DNA from: a virus | Taxonomy: Duplodnaviria; Caudoviricetes | Strand: one strand, 5' to 3' | IMG/VR virus record: IMGVR_UViG_3300021256_000074 | Location: 37,101-101,100 of that record | Length of the DNA stretch: 64,000 nt | In this document: piece after piece, positions 45,801-59,500 of the stretch | Layout of the letters: each line of letters opens with the position of its first letter | How positions within the stretch are numbered: the stretch's first letter is position 1 | Position numbers and translations under genes: made by a program | Notes under the pieces: generated by a model | What the model was told of the DNA's origin: nothing | Seen by the model: the letters and a program-made list of their open reading frames with translations, nothing else | The model's database searches: none

Positions 45801-48800
45801 GAACCCGATTCTCAAACGTTTGATGTTCGTGCAGAAGAATAGTTGATAGCTAGTGCATTAGAAAAGCTTTCGGAAAATAAAGACAAGTTTGGAAGATTGT
45901 CTACAATGGTGCGTTAGTGGTGGGCTACAAATTTTGTAATCGGAAAAGCCACAAACAGTATTAATATGGCAACAAACGAAGATGTTGCTGTAAGCAATAT
46001 TGGTGAGCAGTGGTTTTTTGGTCCGTTAAACAAAATAAATCAGTGGATAAGCACCTATGAAAACCATGTTTTGCAAGAACTAGATGGCAGCATTCCTCTA
46101 TAGCGTTGGTATAGTGCTATATTAAATAATTATTTTAGCAAACTTTTAGATAATACAGAATCGCTTTCTTCAAATCTTACAGATCCTGTTTAGATTTCTA
46201 CAATACAAGAAGCTGTACAAAGAGGTCGTAGGCTTATAGATGATTTCAATAAAAAATGGGACATGCGTCCAGAAGAAGGATTTGATGGACCGATAGAAAG
46301 TCCAGCCTGGCGTATAAATAGAATGCCCGTCAAGTGGTGGAATAGATACACCGTAGACGATTCTTGCAGTCCATCTTTTAACGAAATGATAAATAACACC
46401 GCATATTATGTCATATCAAATCAACCTGGATTTGCCGAAAATGGATATTTTCACTTGGAAGAACAAAACGGAATGCCTGTTTTATATGCTACTTATACAG
46501 GGCCTAGAAAAAATCCTATTACGGTAAAACTTTCTTTTATAAATGACATCGACGCTGTTTCTGCTTCCGGTAGAAAAGCAAAGGATTTTCTAACTCAGGA
46601 TGAAATATTACGTTGGCAGTACGTAAATCAGCAAAGAATGCGTACATTCATTCCAAAATGTCTTGCTGCATTGAGACTTGTTGCATCAAATAAAGATAGA
46701 TACGAATTAAAATTCGATGTAGTATTAGATAAAGGTAAGATTAAATACGGAGAAGCAGATGATTTACACACTCTCGACGAATTTTTATTCAAGGGTGAAC
46801 AAAATGTGCACGACTTATTTACAATAAAATTATCAAAGAAGGACAACATCGGAATACTTTCTACAATAGAAACAGAAGACGGTAAACCGAATATTTATAC
46901 TGTTCGAGGGGGAAAAGGATTTGTCGAAATAGTAGGAAGATTTAACGATGAATACGAAAAGGGTCAAACACGCGTTAGATCCGGAATGCTTGTATATTTC
47001 TATAATACTGGTGACGGCAAGCGAATAGGTGTGCCACTCGTCACAAAGAAAATAGGTATGGAAGATGCACAAAAAATAGTATATCTTCTTGAACTGTTAT
47101 CTAGTGGACAGACTCTCGCTAACGGATACGATATAATGTAGCTTTTACGGCAAAGAGTATATATACAAGATCCTAAAAAACAGCATACTCAATATAACAA
47201 CGAGTCTAATATGATAATACTCTCCGGAAGAGAAATTATTATAGGCGGAGAAAAATATAATTTTGTAGACAAAAAGCAAGATCTTATAAATAGAATATCT
47301 ATTATGTCAAACGCAACAAGAAAAGAAGTGCTTGACACGTACATGGGAACGTCTACAGATTAGGTTTTTGATAGAGTACGCCGTGTTATCGATCCCAACA
47401 ATACAAATGCATCCATACAGCTCCCAAACGGAATTATTATTACGTGGGCTGATTTATTTAATAGGAACCAAGATGGTAGCGTTGGTAGTACATTTTTGGG
47501 ATACATGATAAGAAATGGATATATACTGACTTCTGCAAAAAAGGCTTCTTATAGACAATTAAACATTAAGAATCTGCATGTTGTAGATCATGCGTTTGAC
47601 TCTGTATAGCAACAAGAACAACAAAGCTCTACATAGACAATGCAACAATAGCTTCGCGCGCTAGAAGATGAACTTGATAAGATTTCTTCTGAAAAAGAAG
47701 TTGTATTAAGAGATGCAGACGAAACTTCTACGTTTATTTAGCAAGTTCAATAGTATTTTGAAAAAGTTTTAGGAAAAAATGGTGCGCACAAGTTTGTAGA
47801 AAACAATAAAGATTTCTTAGGGCGTATTTCGAGAAACAAAGTTATACTGGGAAGATGCTCGGAAGCACTTATAGAAATGTCTACAGCTGCACCTTTGAGT
47901 GTTGCGTGGCACGAAGCATTCCACAAGATATTTGAACTTGTTATTCCAGCAGAGCAGAGAGACGCGTTTTATGAACAATATAAAAAACGTTCTTTGTTTT
48001 CAAATCCTTCTGATAGAGATGCCGCAGAGTGGTTTGCAGATAAATTTATGCGGTACATGCAAAACAAAAATCAGTTGGATAAAGCAGACAGTCTTATTAA
48101 GAAATTCATACCGTATTGCAAAAAGCTGGCACATATAATAGGAATGTTCTATAAGCTTGGATTTAGGAAGGGCCGTTAGATGTTCGATCTGTACAATAAA
48201 ATAAATGCCGGTACATTCAAAGACAGAGAAATAACCCAAGAGCAAAAAGATAGATTTAGAAGACTTTTTGGAGAAGGGTTAAATTATGAAATAACAAATG
48301 TAGAAACCGGAGAAACGGCAGAATTTACGCACATGCACGGCGTTCAAGATAGAGACGCTTTAGTGAGGGGTATTTCTTATTATATATTAAAAAATGCTGG
48401 TGTTACAGGATTAAATCCAGACGTATCGAAAATAAAAATATTTTCTGATGATATAAAATCGAAACGGGCAACAATAGACATGATCCCGCAAGGTATTAGA
48501 GACATTCTCACAAGAGAAGGTGCTCCAGACGATCAGCTTACGGAGACAAACCTTTTAATGAGAGAGCTTTTTGAATCAAAAGAGGTTGTTGTTTCTGGAA
48601 AAGATGGAAAGCCGTAGAAGAAAACAATTTATCCAAAGTTTGCAGCACTTAGTAAGTATATAGCTGATTATATATCCGGTGTTGTAAATGGAGAACGTCG
48701 ATCTAAGATAGATGATATAGATACGGATAAAGATACTGACCAACAAAATGGCGGTGCAGAAAATAAAGACGTAACTCTATAGAATCATGAAAAGTACGAT

Positions 48801-51800
48801 AGAGCTGCGTATGAGTTTTCAAAACTAGACAGTGTTAGTGCGCAAGTCAAGTTATTCTTCTCTACAATACCTAGAAGTTCTTTCGAAGATAGTGAAGAAA
48901 CTGGAAAACGTAAAGCTGTATTAGATTATTCTACTAATCCACTCGGGTTGCCAGAACTCCTTACTATAGACGAGACGTACAAGATGGTTGTAAATAAATG
49001 TAATACGGCAAGTACTATACAAGAACTATTAGACCAGTTGTCCGAACTCGCAAAAAGCAGTCCTGTTTTTCTTAGAATATTTAATAAATTTAACAACCTT
49101 GTAAACGGAACAAAAGGAAAAGATGGAATGCGTCATGGCGGTATATATCAATACGATGAAGACGGCAATATAAAAAGTATAGATTATGACCGAGAAGCAT
49201 TTGCTTTACAGATAGTGTAGGCTGTTCATAGTTTTAAAATAGATTTTGTAACGTCGTTGTCTACAAAATAGGAGTTTGACGGTAAACAAGGAAAGAAGGT
49301 TTAGATAAAATCTTCGTCCTTAGACAGAGATGCAAAAAGGTTTCCTGACCAGTGGACACAATATCTTGTTGCAGGACAGGTTGGAATATTTAAACCTAGC
49401 AGAGAGGAAGATTTTACGCTTGATGCAGAAGGCAACAAAAAACGTACAAAACTTGTATTCAGAGACGGCGTTCCGTTTACTATATTTAAAGACATATCAT
49501 AGTTTTTTAGAGACGTATAGATTGCGTTGTTTGATGCAAAACAACAATTTACTATCGAGGGTAAAGAATATAACAAACTTGATTACGATAGTGTAGACAA
49601 ACTGAAAAACGAAATAATATCCAAGCTTAATAAAATAGGAATATTGTTTTCTAAAAACGCTTTGGATAATATGTTGATAGACGTGTTTGGTGGAGCCGAC
49701 GCAGACGGACTGTTTAGATGGTTTAATTCAATGCCTATAGACGATAAAATGATAGACAAAATATCAAAATCTAGCATAAATCGTTTTATAGATGTTTTAG
49801 ATTAGTTTGTTTCTGATAGTGGTGTCATAAACAAACGTCTTATAGAAGAAGATGGGTATGGTAGCATTGGATTCGTAAGGCTTCTTGCAGAATATTAGGG
49901 TATTTATTAGAGAATAACTACTCAAAATATGGCTTACGCGTTAAACGGTAAGAAAGTAAATTCGATATCGCAAAACAATACTATAAGCCACAATATAGAC
50001 GCATTTAATACACACGATCAAGAAAACGAGACGGTGCGCGTGTTAAGCGGGTTTGGATATAATCTTACTAAAGAAGTATCGCCACAAGGATCTATTATAT
50101 TAAAAAATATAAGAGACGTTAATTCTACTATGCACTTACAGGCACATGTTTATTTAGGATCCAAAACAGATAATCATGGAGATCAAGGAAGCGAGTATGT
50201 AGACGAAGCGACTGTTGACGATTATATAGCCAAACTGACAATGCTTCAACAAGGTTACTTATTGTCTCCAACATTGGCAGACAAAGGAACGTGGATAATA
50301 ATAAGCGGATTAGATATTCCGGGAATGAAATTTTCTTCGTACACAGACAACAACGGACAGTCTGTATTGTCTGTAGAAAATGTGCCAGAAGTAAAATTTA
50401 TAAACGGGAGACCTTATTTTGTTCCAAGTGATGCCGTATTAAATCAGATGATAGAGTATGCCAATACGGAACGTCTTGCTATTCAACAGTGTATGGAAGA
50501 TCTGGGTTATGAAAATATTCCTGGATATAAAAAGACAGGGCGGCATATATTATCTGATAGTGAAAAGGTAGAAAACTATCATACCGAAAACGTAGACAAA
50601 AAAACCGGAAAAGTAATCGAACCAAACGGTACCAGATTCTTATCGTTAACAAGCATTACAGTAAAAGAGTATAATCCAAAGACAAAAAAGAACGAGCTTG
50701 TAACATACAACTTAAACGATCCTAGGGAACGCAGTGTAGATCTATTGAAACTTGCGAATGAAAAATTCTTTAATATTCCTGGTTTGTCTAGAGAAGAATT
50801 GTTAGAAAAACAAAAGGAGATTTTATCATTAACGCTTGCAAGATAGATAGAAAATGAGGTAGAAACTGCTATAGGTTTGGGGTTGATAGAGCGTGTAGAT
50901 ATAAATGAAAAAACAGCAAAAGGTCGTTTATCTGTAAGTAAAACATCTAACGGTATAATGAATCTTGATACTCATAATATGAACGAAGAGTAGATAGACG
51001 CTCTTACTAGATATTACAGAAGGACTATAAACGCTCCAGAAACAGTAGCAAGAAGCTTTGCTATATCTGCAATTTTGGCAGATGCTACATTAAGGCATAT
51101 AATATGTTCGTAGGAGATGCTTCGATGTTTTATTGGACACCCTGCTCAATTTAAAGTTTTATATGACGTAGAACGCGGTGTTATAAAAGATAGTACATAC
51201 GATATACAAAAGCGTATTGGTGGACTCGTTTCTACTGGAGACGATAACGTGATAAATTTACCAGGAATAGATAGCGAATATACTTGCGCAGAATGTAAAG
51301 ACTACGAAGTGTCTTCTGCATCTTAGGTTGCTGATAAGTTGACACAAATGTTTACAGATACTCAAGTGAGGTATGTATACGGAGCTAGAACTGGAGATTG
51401 GGAAACTGCTTACAGCTCGAAAGTAGAAGATCTGTTGAATACAGAAGATATAAAACAAGATTTATAGAAAGCTGTAGAAAACGGTAAACTTTTTGCTAAA
51501 TCGTTTAAAAAGGGAATAAATGTAGCTGACGGTGCTGCGTATATAACAGAAGAAATGTGTGAAAATCTTCTTAGAATGCGCGGAGCATACAACAACGAAG
51601 TAAAAAAAGCGTTCGATTTGTTGCGCAGCAGCTCTCCACAAAGATATTCTTGGATGGACGTTGCTGAGGCATATAAGACTGTATATGACGCTGTGAATAT
51701 TGTTACTACAAAATATACAGCATATGGATTTAGAGAACATTCACGAAACGGCGAAATTATTTCTGACATGGCTGTTGCATATTATAATAAGTATGCTTTA

Positions 51801-54800
51801 TTCCCACTGTTCCCATGTCTGGCTACAGGAAGAATGGAAGGTATTTATAAAAAGATGCGCAGCGAAGGTGTTGAATGTCTTATGATGCAATCTGCCGTAA
51901 AAGTAGGTTCTCAAGGCGCAGTTGAATTTAATGGGTCTGAGATTGTAGGAGAATTCAATATATATAGACAAAGTTATTCTTACTTAAGAAGGCAGTTGAA
52001 TACAGATCCAGAAGAAGGAGACAAGAGTACTCTTGGAACGCAGATGATAAAGATCGTTTTATAGAACCTTGTTTTGGGCAGAACAAATTATATAGACTCT
52101 AAGACAGGTAAACAAGTTTCTGGAGAACATTTGTTACATACTTTAATGGGCGCCATATAGCGACTTGCTGAAATTGGTGTAAAAGAAGTAAACGAAATGT
52201 TCTTTACCGAAGGGTAGCTTGATGAAAAGAAACTTAGTACTTATTTAAACGATCAACTTACTTCAAGAAACGCAAATAGAACGCTAGTACAGGCAATACA
52301 GTCAAAGATTGGTGAAGACGGAAAATATCACCTAAATGCTCCTTTGGCCGCAACAACAGACGCTCAATGGATAGAGAGTATACTTATATCTACAGTAAAC
52401 AAGAAAGTAATAGACATCACTACGCCAGGTAGTTCGTTTATACAAAGATCTGTTTTTGCTATAGAAGACGGTACGTTGTTGAACGAAACGGAAGCAAAAC
52501 ATCTTTATGACGGAAAGCGTTTGGAAATGCTTAATGAGGACGGAAGTATGGATGCTGTTGTGTCTATAGATTTCTTCTAGGATATATTACCAGAAGGATT
52601 ATCGTTCAACGAGGCGCGCGAATGGTTGATAAAAAATGGACTTATTGGCGGTTCTGCTACTACTATAGGATATCGTATTCCTACATAGGCGCAATCTTCT
52701 ATACATGCCTTACGATTTGTAGACGTTATTCCTGCAACAAAAACAACAATAATATTGCCAGAAGAATTTACAAAAATTACAGGTTCTGACTTTGATATTG
52801 ACCATTTATATCTCGCAAGATATAATTATAAATTGGATGAAAGTGGCAACGTTATAAAAGATTTTGAAGAAGGGAGTAAAGAATATTATCAGAACACAAT
52901 AATAGATACAATGATGACTTTATTGAAAGATTCTGAAAATTCTATAAACTGTCTTTATAAATCTATTGACAACGATACAGATTTAGCAAAACATGTTGCA
53001 GATTTAATACCGGAAGTTGGCAGTACAAAAGCGGAACCGTTCAATTTTGGTACGTTGCACGAATAGGTTTTACGTAAAAACGACTATATAACCGGTAAAA
53101 AGGGAATAGGTCCGTTTGCGCTAAATGTTACAAATCAAATACTTACTCAGTTATATGGCGTATCTTTTAAAGAGACACAGTTTACTAGAGAAACAGGTAT
53201 AATGAGATTTGATAAACTGCTAGACGACGATGGAAATATGATATCTTCTTGGCTCAGTGCATTTATAAACGCCCATGTAGATATTGTAAAAGACCCCTGG
53301 ATCTCTAAGCTTGATGTAAATCCGTTTACTTATAATATGCTCAATATGTTGATAAGAAGCGGATGGGGAGAGACTGCGTTGTGGTTCTTATCGCAACCTA
53401 TTATAAGAGAAATGGCTTTGGCAAACGATAGGTCAAACAGCCAATATATAAAAGATCTCGATAATAGCAAAAACGGAGGATCTTCTAGAGACGCTGCTTT
53501 ATTAGAAGCTGTTAGAAAGTTTTTATCAGAAGATGCTGTATCTGAACAAAATATAAAAAAATATACAGAGAGCACTGATAAAAGCGATATAGCAAATAAA
53601 ATACAAACTGTTAATTGGTTAAAAGACAATAGAGATGTACTTCAGTATTTTGCAACGCATCCTAATGCAGGAGAATATAAAGGATATACTGTACAATCCG
53701 TACAAGAAACAGTATTCTATGCGTGGAAATCTCTTGAAAAATATTCTGTTGCGATGGGTGATTTCGTATAGCATACAAAAATAGATACTAGAAAACACGG
53801 AAAAAACCTTATTGCAATAAACCGATATTTGAGAGACTATAATAGTTTGTTTAATCCTAACAGCGATGAAGCAAAGGAAAGTTTGTGGGATCAAAAATCA
53901 TTAGAACATCTTAGGGATAATTCTTGGATCGGATATAAAACAAGAAATGCTATAGATTTGCCTATGAGGATTCTTGGAGGCCAAACGTTTAATGGAAATA
54001 TACGTTTTATGAATGCCGTGTTAAAACTTGCCAAAACGTTACAATACGACGGCAGAAAACTGCAAGACGACGGAATCACCGCAATAAGTAGAAGTATGCA
54101 GACTGCAATTAAATCTAAATATTTCGTTAAATATGCAAAAGAAGTTTTAAATATGTCCGATAAAGATATAGCTGACTTATTTGTCGGTAACAAATCAATA
54201 TCTAGACGACTTGTAAGACTTAAGGATGCTATAGAAAACAATCCAAAATATGCATATCTTAATGGAAACACACTAATTGCTCAGATATATTCTCCTATTG
54301 AAGATAAACCTGTATTTGCAAACGGCAGAATGACAGATAAACCTTCTTTTATAACAGTTCTTGATAACGTAGACGAAAGTAAAGTTAATTCCGATCTTTT
54401 GACAGAAGGTTGGTTAGATTTGTTAAATGATTCTGATATTTTTGTAAGCACGTTCGCAAGGCAACTTATAGTATATGCTGCATTAACTTCTGGAGAATTT
54501 AACGGTTGGAATAAACTGTTGAAATATATGCCGTACGAATTCATAGATGGACAAATTGATCCACAATTTGAAAGTTATAGCGATTTTATTAGAAAGCAAC
54601 TTTCTTCGTATTCTACTTACGAAGAGTATTTTGACGATATTGTCTCCAATAATTTCCTCGATTATAGATTTGTAAAAAAGATGAAAGAGGTAAATGCTGA
54701 CGGGTCTAAAAACTTTGTACAATCTGCCGACGGCGTTAAAATAGGAGCAAGTGTTTCAAACAAACAACAAAAAGAAGTCGCAAAATATATATCCGTAAAA

Positions 54801-56531
54801 ATTCGAGGAGCTGTTGGATATGGACCAGCTGTTTACGAATTATACAAGCAGATAGGTTTTATAAAATCTGGAAAGGATTCTTATAATCCTGTATATGTTA
54901 GGATGCCGCGTAAAGGATATCATAAAACCGGTTATGATATATATGAATATGGATGGAAGTTTGGATACGCAGAAAACGGTCCAGTTTCTGATATGTAGTT
55001 TAACTTTGATGAAGCGTTTGCATCGGCTGCACAAGCATTGTCCACAGGAGCTGTTTCTTCTCTTAGTGATAAAGCTGCAATTGCTGTATCTAGAGCATAT
55101 AACCAGATAGCAGATCCGCAGCCGGAAAAAACTGCCAATACTATTGAGCCAGGTGCTCATATTGCCACGCGAGGCTATAAGAAAGGAGATCCACAGAAAC
55201 ATCCTAAATTTAATTATGTATTTACTGACAACGCTCAAGCATATGTTGCTGCAGGATGGACTGTACACGACGGCGTAGACGTGTCACAAACAGATACAAC
55301 AATAAAATTAAATGTAAGCGATGTAGACGGAACTAATCAAGCAGGTATTCGTACCGACGACGAAGGCAATATAACAAATAATGCATTCGGTGTAGTAGTT
55401 AAAAAACGTTAGCAAGATGAAAATGGAAACTGGCTTGCAAAAGAAGGGCAGTTTAAAGATACGGAAGAAGATTTTAAAATATTCACAGATTTAAACAATA
55501 ACATGTTTATGAGATTGGAAAATTCTATTAACGATCCAATAAATCCTAGAGTTGTTACTGTATTTCCGCAACAAATTGCTCGCGGTAAAGCAGCCCTTCC
55601 CAAAAGATTTGCAGAATGGTTATAGACATAGCTTCTCGATAGATTTGGTGTTGTAAGTGAAATTGTAGAGAACGAACGCAGTGATTATGAAGGATATGGT
55701 TTGAATATACTTCGTGTAGAACCAAAAGAATCTAATTTACGCCAAAGTAGAATATATGATTGGAAATATGAAGAAGATTCTTGGTATTCTGGTGTTCTTG
55801 AAGAATTAGATCTTCCTGAAAAAATCCGTATGAACGGCGGTATGACATATAGACCGACTTATGAAAGATTTGGTAAAGTTTATTTGACTGACAATGAACG
55901 AAAATATGTGCAAGAACACGTGACTGTAGTAAATTAGTTTGGCGACAAATTAAATATAAACGGTAGTGATCTTGTTAAACTGTTTGATAGTTTTGATAAA
56001 GCTGTACATACACAAGGTTGGCATTATGTAAATGTTCCATACAGAGAGTGGAAGCAAATGTTACAAATACCAGATGTATTATTCCAAGATAAGAATACTA
56101 TAAACCAGTTTGAATATTTTGTAGAAAACACAATGGAATATGTATTTGACGATGAAGGATATTTGCCAAAACAAAATGGAACATACGATAAAAAAACAAA
56201 AACAATAAAGCTCGAAAAGGGTTTTTATGACGCTGTTAAATTGTTACACGACAACATCGGTCTGCTTAAACAACTTCTAGATATATACGACGAACCCGAT
56301 GCGCTAATTTCAGATTTAATAAATTACGCAGATAAAGATGTGTATGACTTTTTTGAAAATTTTGCGGAACAATTCGAAGAATATAACGATGTTGCTCCGG
56401 TAAGTATACAGTTTTCATATTCCGATTTACGTCAACAAGAATTATTTTAGGATGATGATTTTGAGCTTTCTGAAGAAGAGCAAAAAGAAGCGGAAAAATA
56501 TAAAAAAGCATGTGAAGGAGGTAAAATATGA
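39786..56531 (+). CDS. Giant virion RNA polymerase polyprotein (two-barrel RNAP), 5581 aa (code 15)
   Basis: The main track fragments from 39900 to 56058 share one frame; the gaps, read by eye, contain only TAG; TGA 56529-56531 overlaps next ATG. Catalytic GSDFDID (DFDID 52788-52802), GYRIPT(Q), NVADGAAY, SAVKVG; HEAFH at 47910-47924. Confidence 0.9.
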
Positions 56532-59500
56532 ATTTAGATTTTTGTCCAAATAAAAAAAGTAAAGAATATAAAGAGATGTCGGACATCTTTGGAGAAGATA
56601 AAGCATATTTTCTCTGGATGCGTAATAAAGGAAACCCATTGGATAAGGCCCCTAACGGGGCCGAGTCCAAGCTTTTCAATGATCTTCTTGATTATTTTAA
56701 GGGAGACAGAAACGAAGCTCTAAAAGCAAAGGCTAAAGTATATAAAAATGAATTTTTAGAGTGGTTTGGCGATTGGACAGGTAATGCCGATTCTGAACAG
56801 TTTGACGAAGAAACCAAAAAACAAATATCTTTAATATTTAAAAGAATACCAAAACTTTCTGAAATAGGTACATAGGAACAGTATGCTAAATATATACAAA
56901 CTATTTTTCCAGAATCGAAGGATAAATCTATATATTGGCATGGAAGCAATTCTGATTTTTCAGAAGGTTTTAAATCTGCAAAAAGAGGAGAGGGATCTGG
57001 AGCACCAGAAACAAAGAAGAGAAATGATTTTTATCTTGCAAAACAGGCGTGGTCAGTATTACAATACGTCAACGGTGTAAACAGGAAATCAGTAGACAAA
57101 AACGGATTTTCTCACTGGAATAGACTTTGGTGGGAGTTTAAAGAAATAATGTCTAACGGTAGGCGTTAGAATAATGATTGGAAAGATCTGGTCATAAACG
57201 AAGAAAATGTTAGACAAGCTATTCCTAATAAGAAGGGTATTTTCAACAGAGACAAAGGAGGAAATAACGGTAAATGGCTTAAAGAGAGAAAAGCGGATTA
57301 TGGTTATGAAAATAAATCTGATAAAGAGTTCTTTGAGGAAATACTTGGAGTAAAATGGGGGAAAGACACATTTAATACTTGGACTAAACGTAATGAAGAA
57401 ATATTTAAATCTCTTCAAGAAACAGAAAAAGGTATATACCCTGCCGTAATCAATACACAAAACCCAATTAGAGAATCTGGTCAAAATACATATTACGAAG
57501 AAGATCGTGGTTTATTTACACAAGCTGATGCAAACAACAATGATGCAATATTAAGTTCAAAGGCTGATAACGAATTTAATTCCGACATTGCTGTTATTCT
57601 CAGAGACAACGGGCGTGTTCATTTTTTGGGCACAGAAGATGATATAAAATCCTTTAAAGAGTTTATATCTGGCCAACTTGTCTCTAAAGCAGTAGATGCT
57701 AACGGCGAGCCTTTAATTTTATGGCACGGAACAGAAAACGTTTTCGATACTTTTGAATATGACGAAGACGGTACGCGCGGAGGGCATCGTGTACACGATA
57801 GACATTCGTTCTTTTTTACAGATACTGAAAAAAAAGCTTTTAAGTATAAGCACGCAATAACAATGCCTGTATATTTAAATATGAAAAATCCTGGCCAAAC
57901 TTCTGTTAGGGATGGGAAATACAAATCTTTAGATGAATATACAGATAGAGAAAACGAACTGATACGCGATCCTAATTATGATTCTGTTTTTATAGAGCGT
58001 TATGACAAAGAAGGTGATAGGCACGGAATGGAGCCAACGAAACAGTGGGTTGTTAAAAAGCCGAATCAAATAAAATCTATATTAAACTTCGGCACATTTT
58101 CTACAGAAAACGATAACATATATAAAAGTCCGCAAGTATACGACGAAAAACAAAAAGAACGCGCTCTCTTTGCAGATTATATTGATCGCCAAAATAAATA
58201 TCTTGCTGAAAATTATCCAAATTACCATAATGTTCCAGAAGAAATACGTAAAAAACTAAAAACTGCGTTACATAGATGGTTTGATTCTTAGGGATTTAAA
58301 CATTATAAATTAATATTTGGTTTCGATAAATCTGGATATGTATTGTATGGAAGATCTTCTGATGCGGCAGACAGGGACGTATCTGATGTAAAAAAGTTAG
58401 AAAACTTATGTGGAATAAACATAACAGATTCTACTCCACATGTATTATCAAATGAAACATTACGTACATTAATAAAAGGTTTGTTTTACGAAACAAAAGG
58501 TATTAATCAACACCTTAAAGACGTCGCAGAAATACTTTAGAACGCATTACAGGATTCAGGAATATCGATATAGTTTGTTAATTATTTGCAAGAAGGAGAG
58601 GCAGCTCATTATGATTATTTTACAAATACTGTAAAAATAAGTAGAAGCGCTGCATTTAGAAATGATAGTGGATTGACAAACGTTGTTGCACAGACTGTAT
58701 TACATGAATTAATTCATGCTGCTACTGTAAATACTATACAACATAACTCAGAACTCAAATCTCAATTACAAAATTTATTAGATAAGGTTAAAAGTTCTGT
58801 ACAATCTGAATATTATGACAGAAATGGCCAACTTAAAAGTGTATACGGTCTTACCGATATATATGAATTTTTAGCAGAATTATCCAACGAAAATTTCGTA
58901 AAACTGTTACAGGGCGTTCGTACAGATACTGACAGAAAAGATTTGTTATCGCTTGCCATATCGCTCATAAAAAAGGTAATAAATAGAATTTTGTCTCGTA
59001 TAAATAAGGATCACAAAGGAACTGCTTACGCAGATGCTATGGAATTTTTAGTAAAAGCTGCATTCCAAGAATAGTTTAATATAAAACTTGAACAATCTAG
59101 AAACGATGTTAAGACTGTTTTCAAATCGTTGTCTCAGGTTGAAGCTGCTGCAGATAGAATACTAGAAAGATTTAATGTTTTGTACAGACAATACGAGAAT
59201 ATACCTAATAAGTCACCAAGAAAGCAAAAAGCTGCATCTTAGGTGTTTGAGATATTAAACAAACTAAAGCAACATCGTGATATAGAATCTGCTTGTTTAG
59301 CTATAGATTCTGCTATAAATGTTTTAGGATTACACGACGAATCAATAGGCGGTCCAGATCCATCTCAACCAAAAACTGTATATACCTATTTATATGCTAA
59401 CTAGCGACTAGGATTTCCATCTACAAATGTAAATTCCGAGACACTAGTAGATATGTATAGAAATGCTATATTGTTTTATAAAGATTTGCTGGATTTTAAT

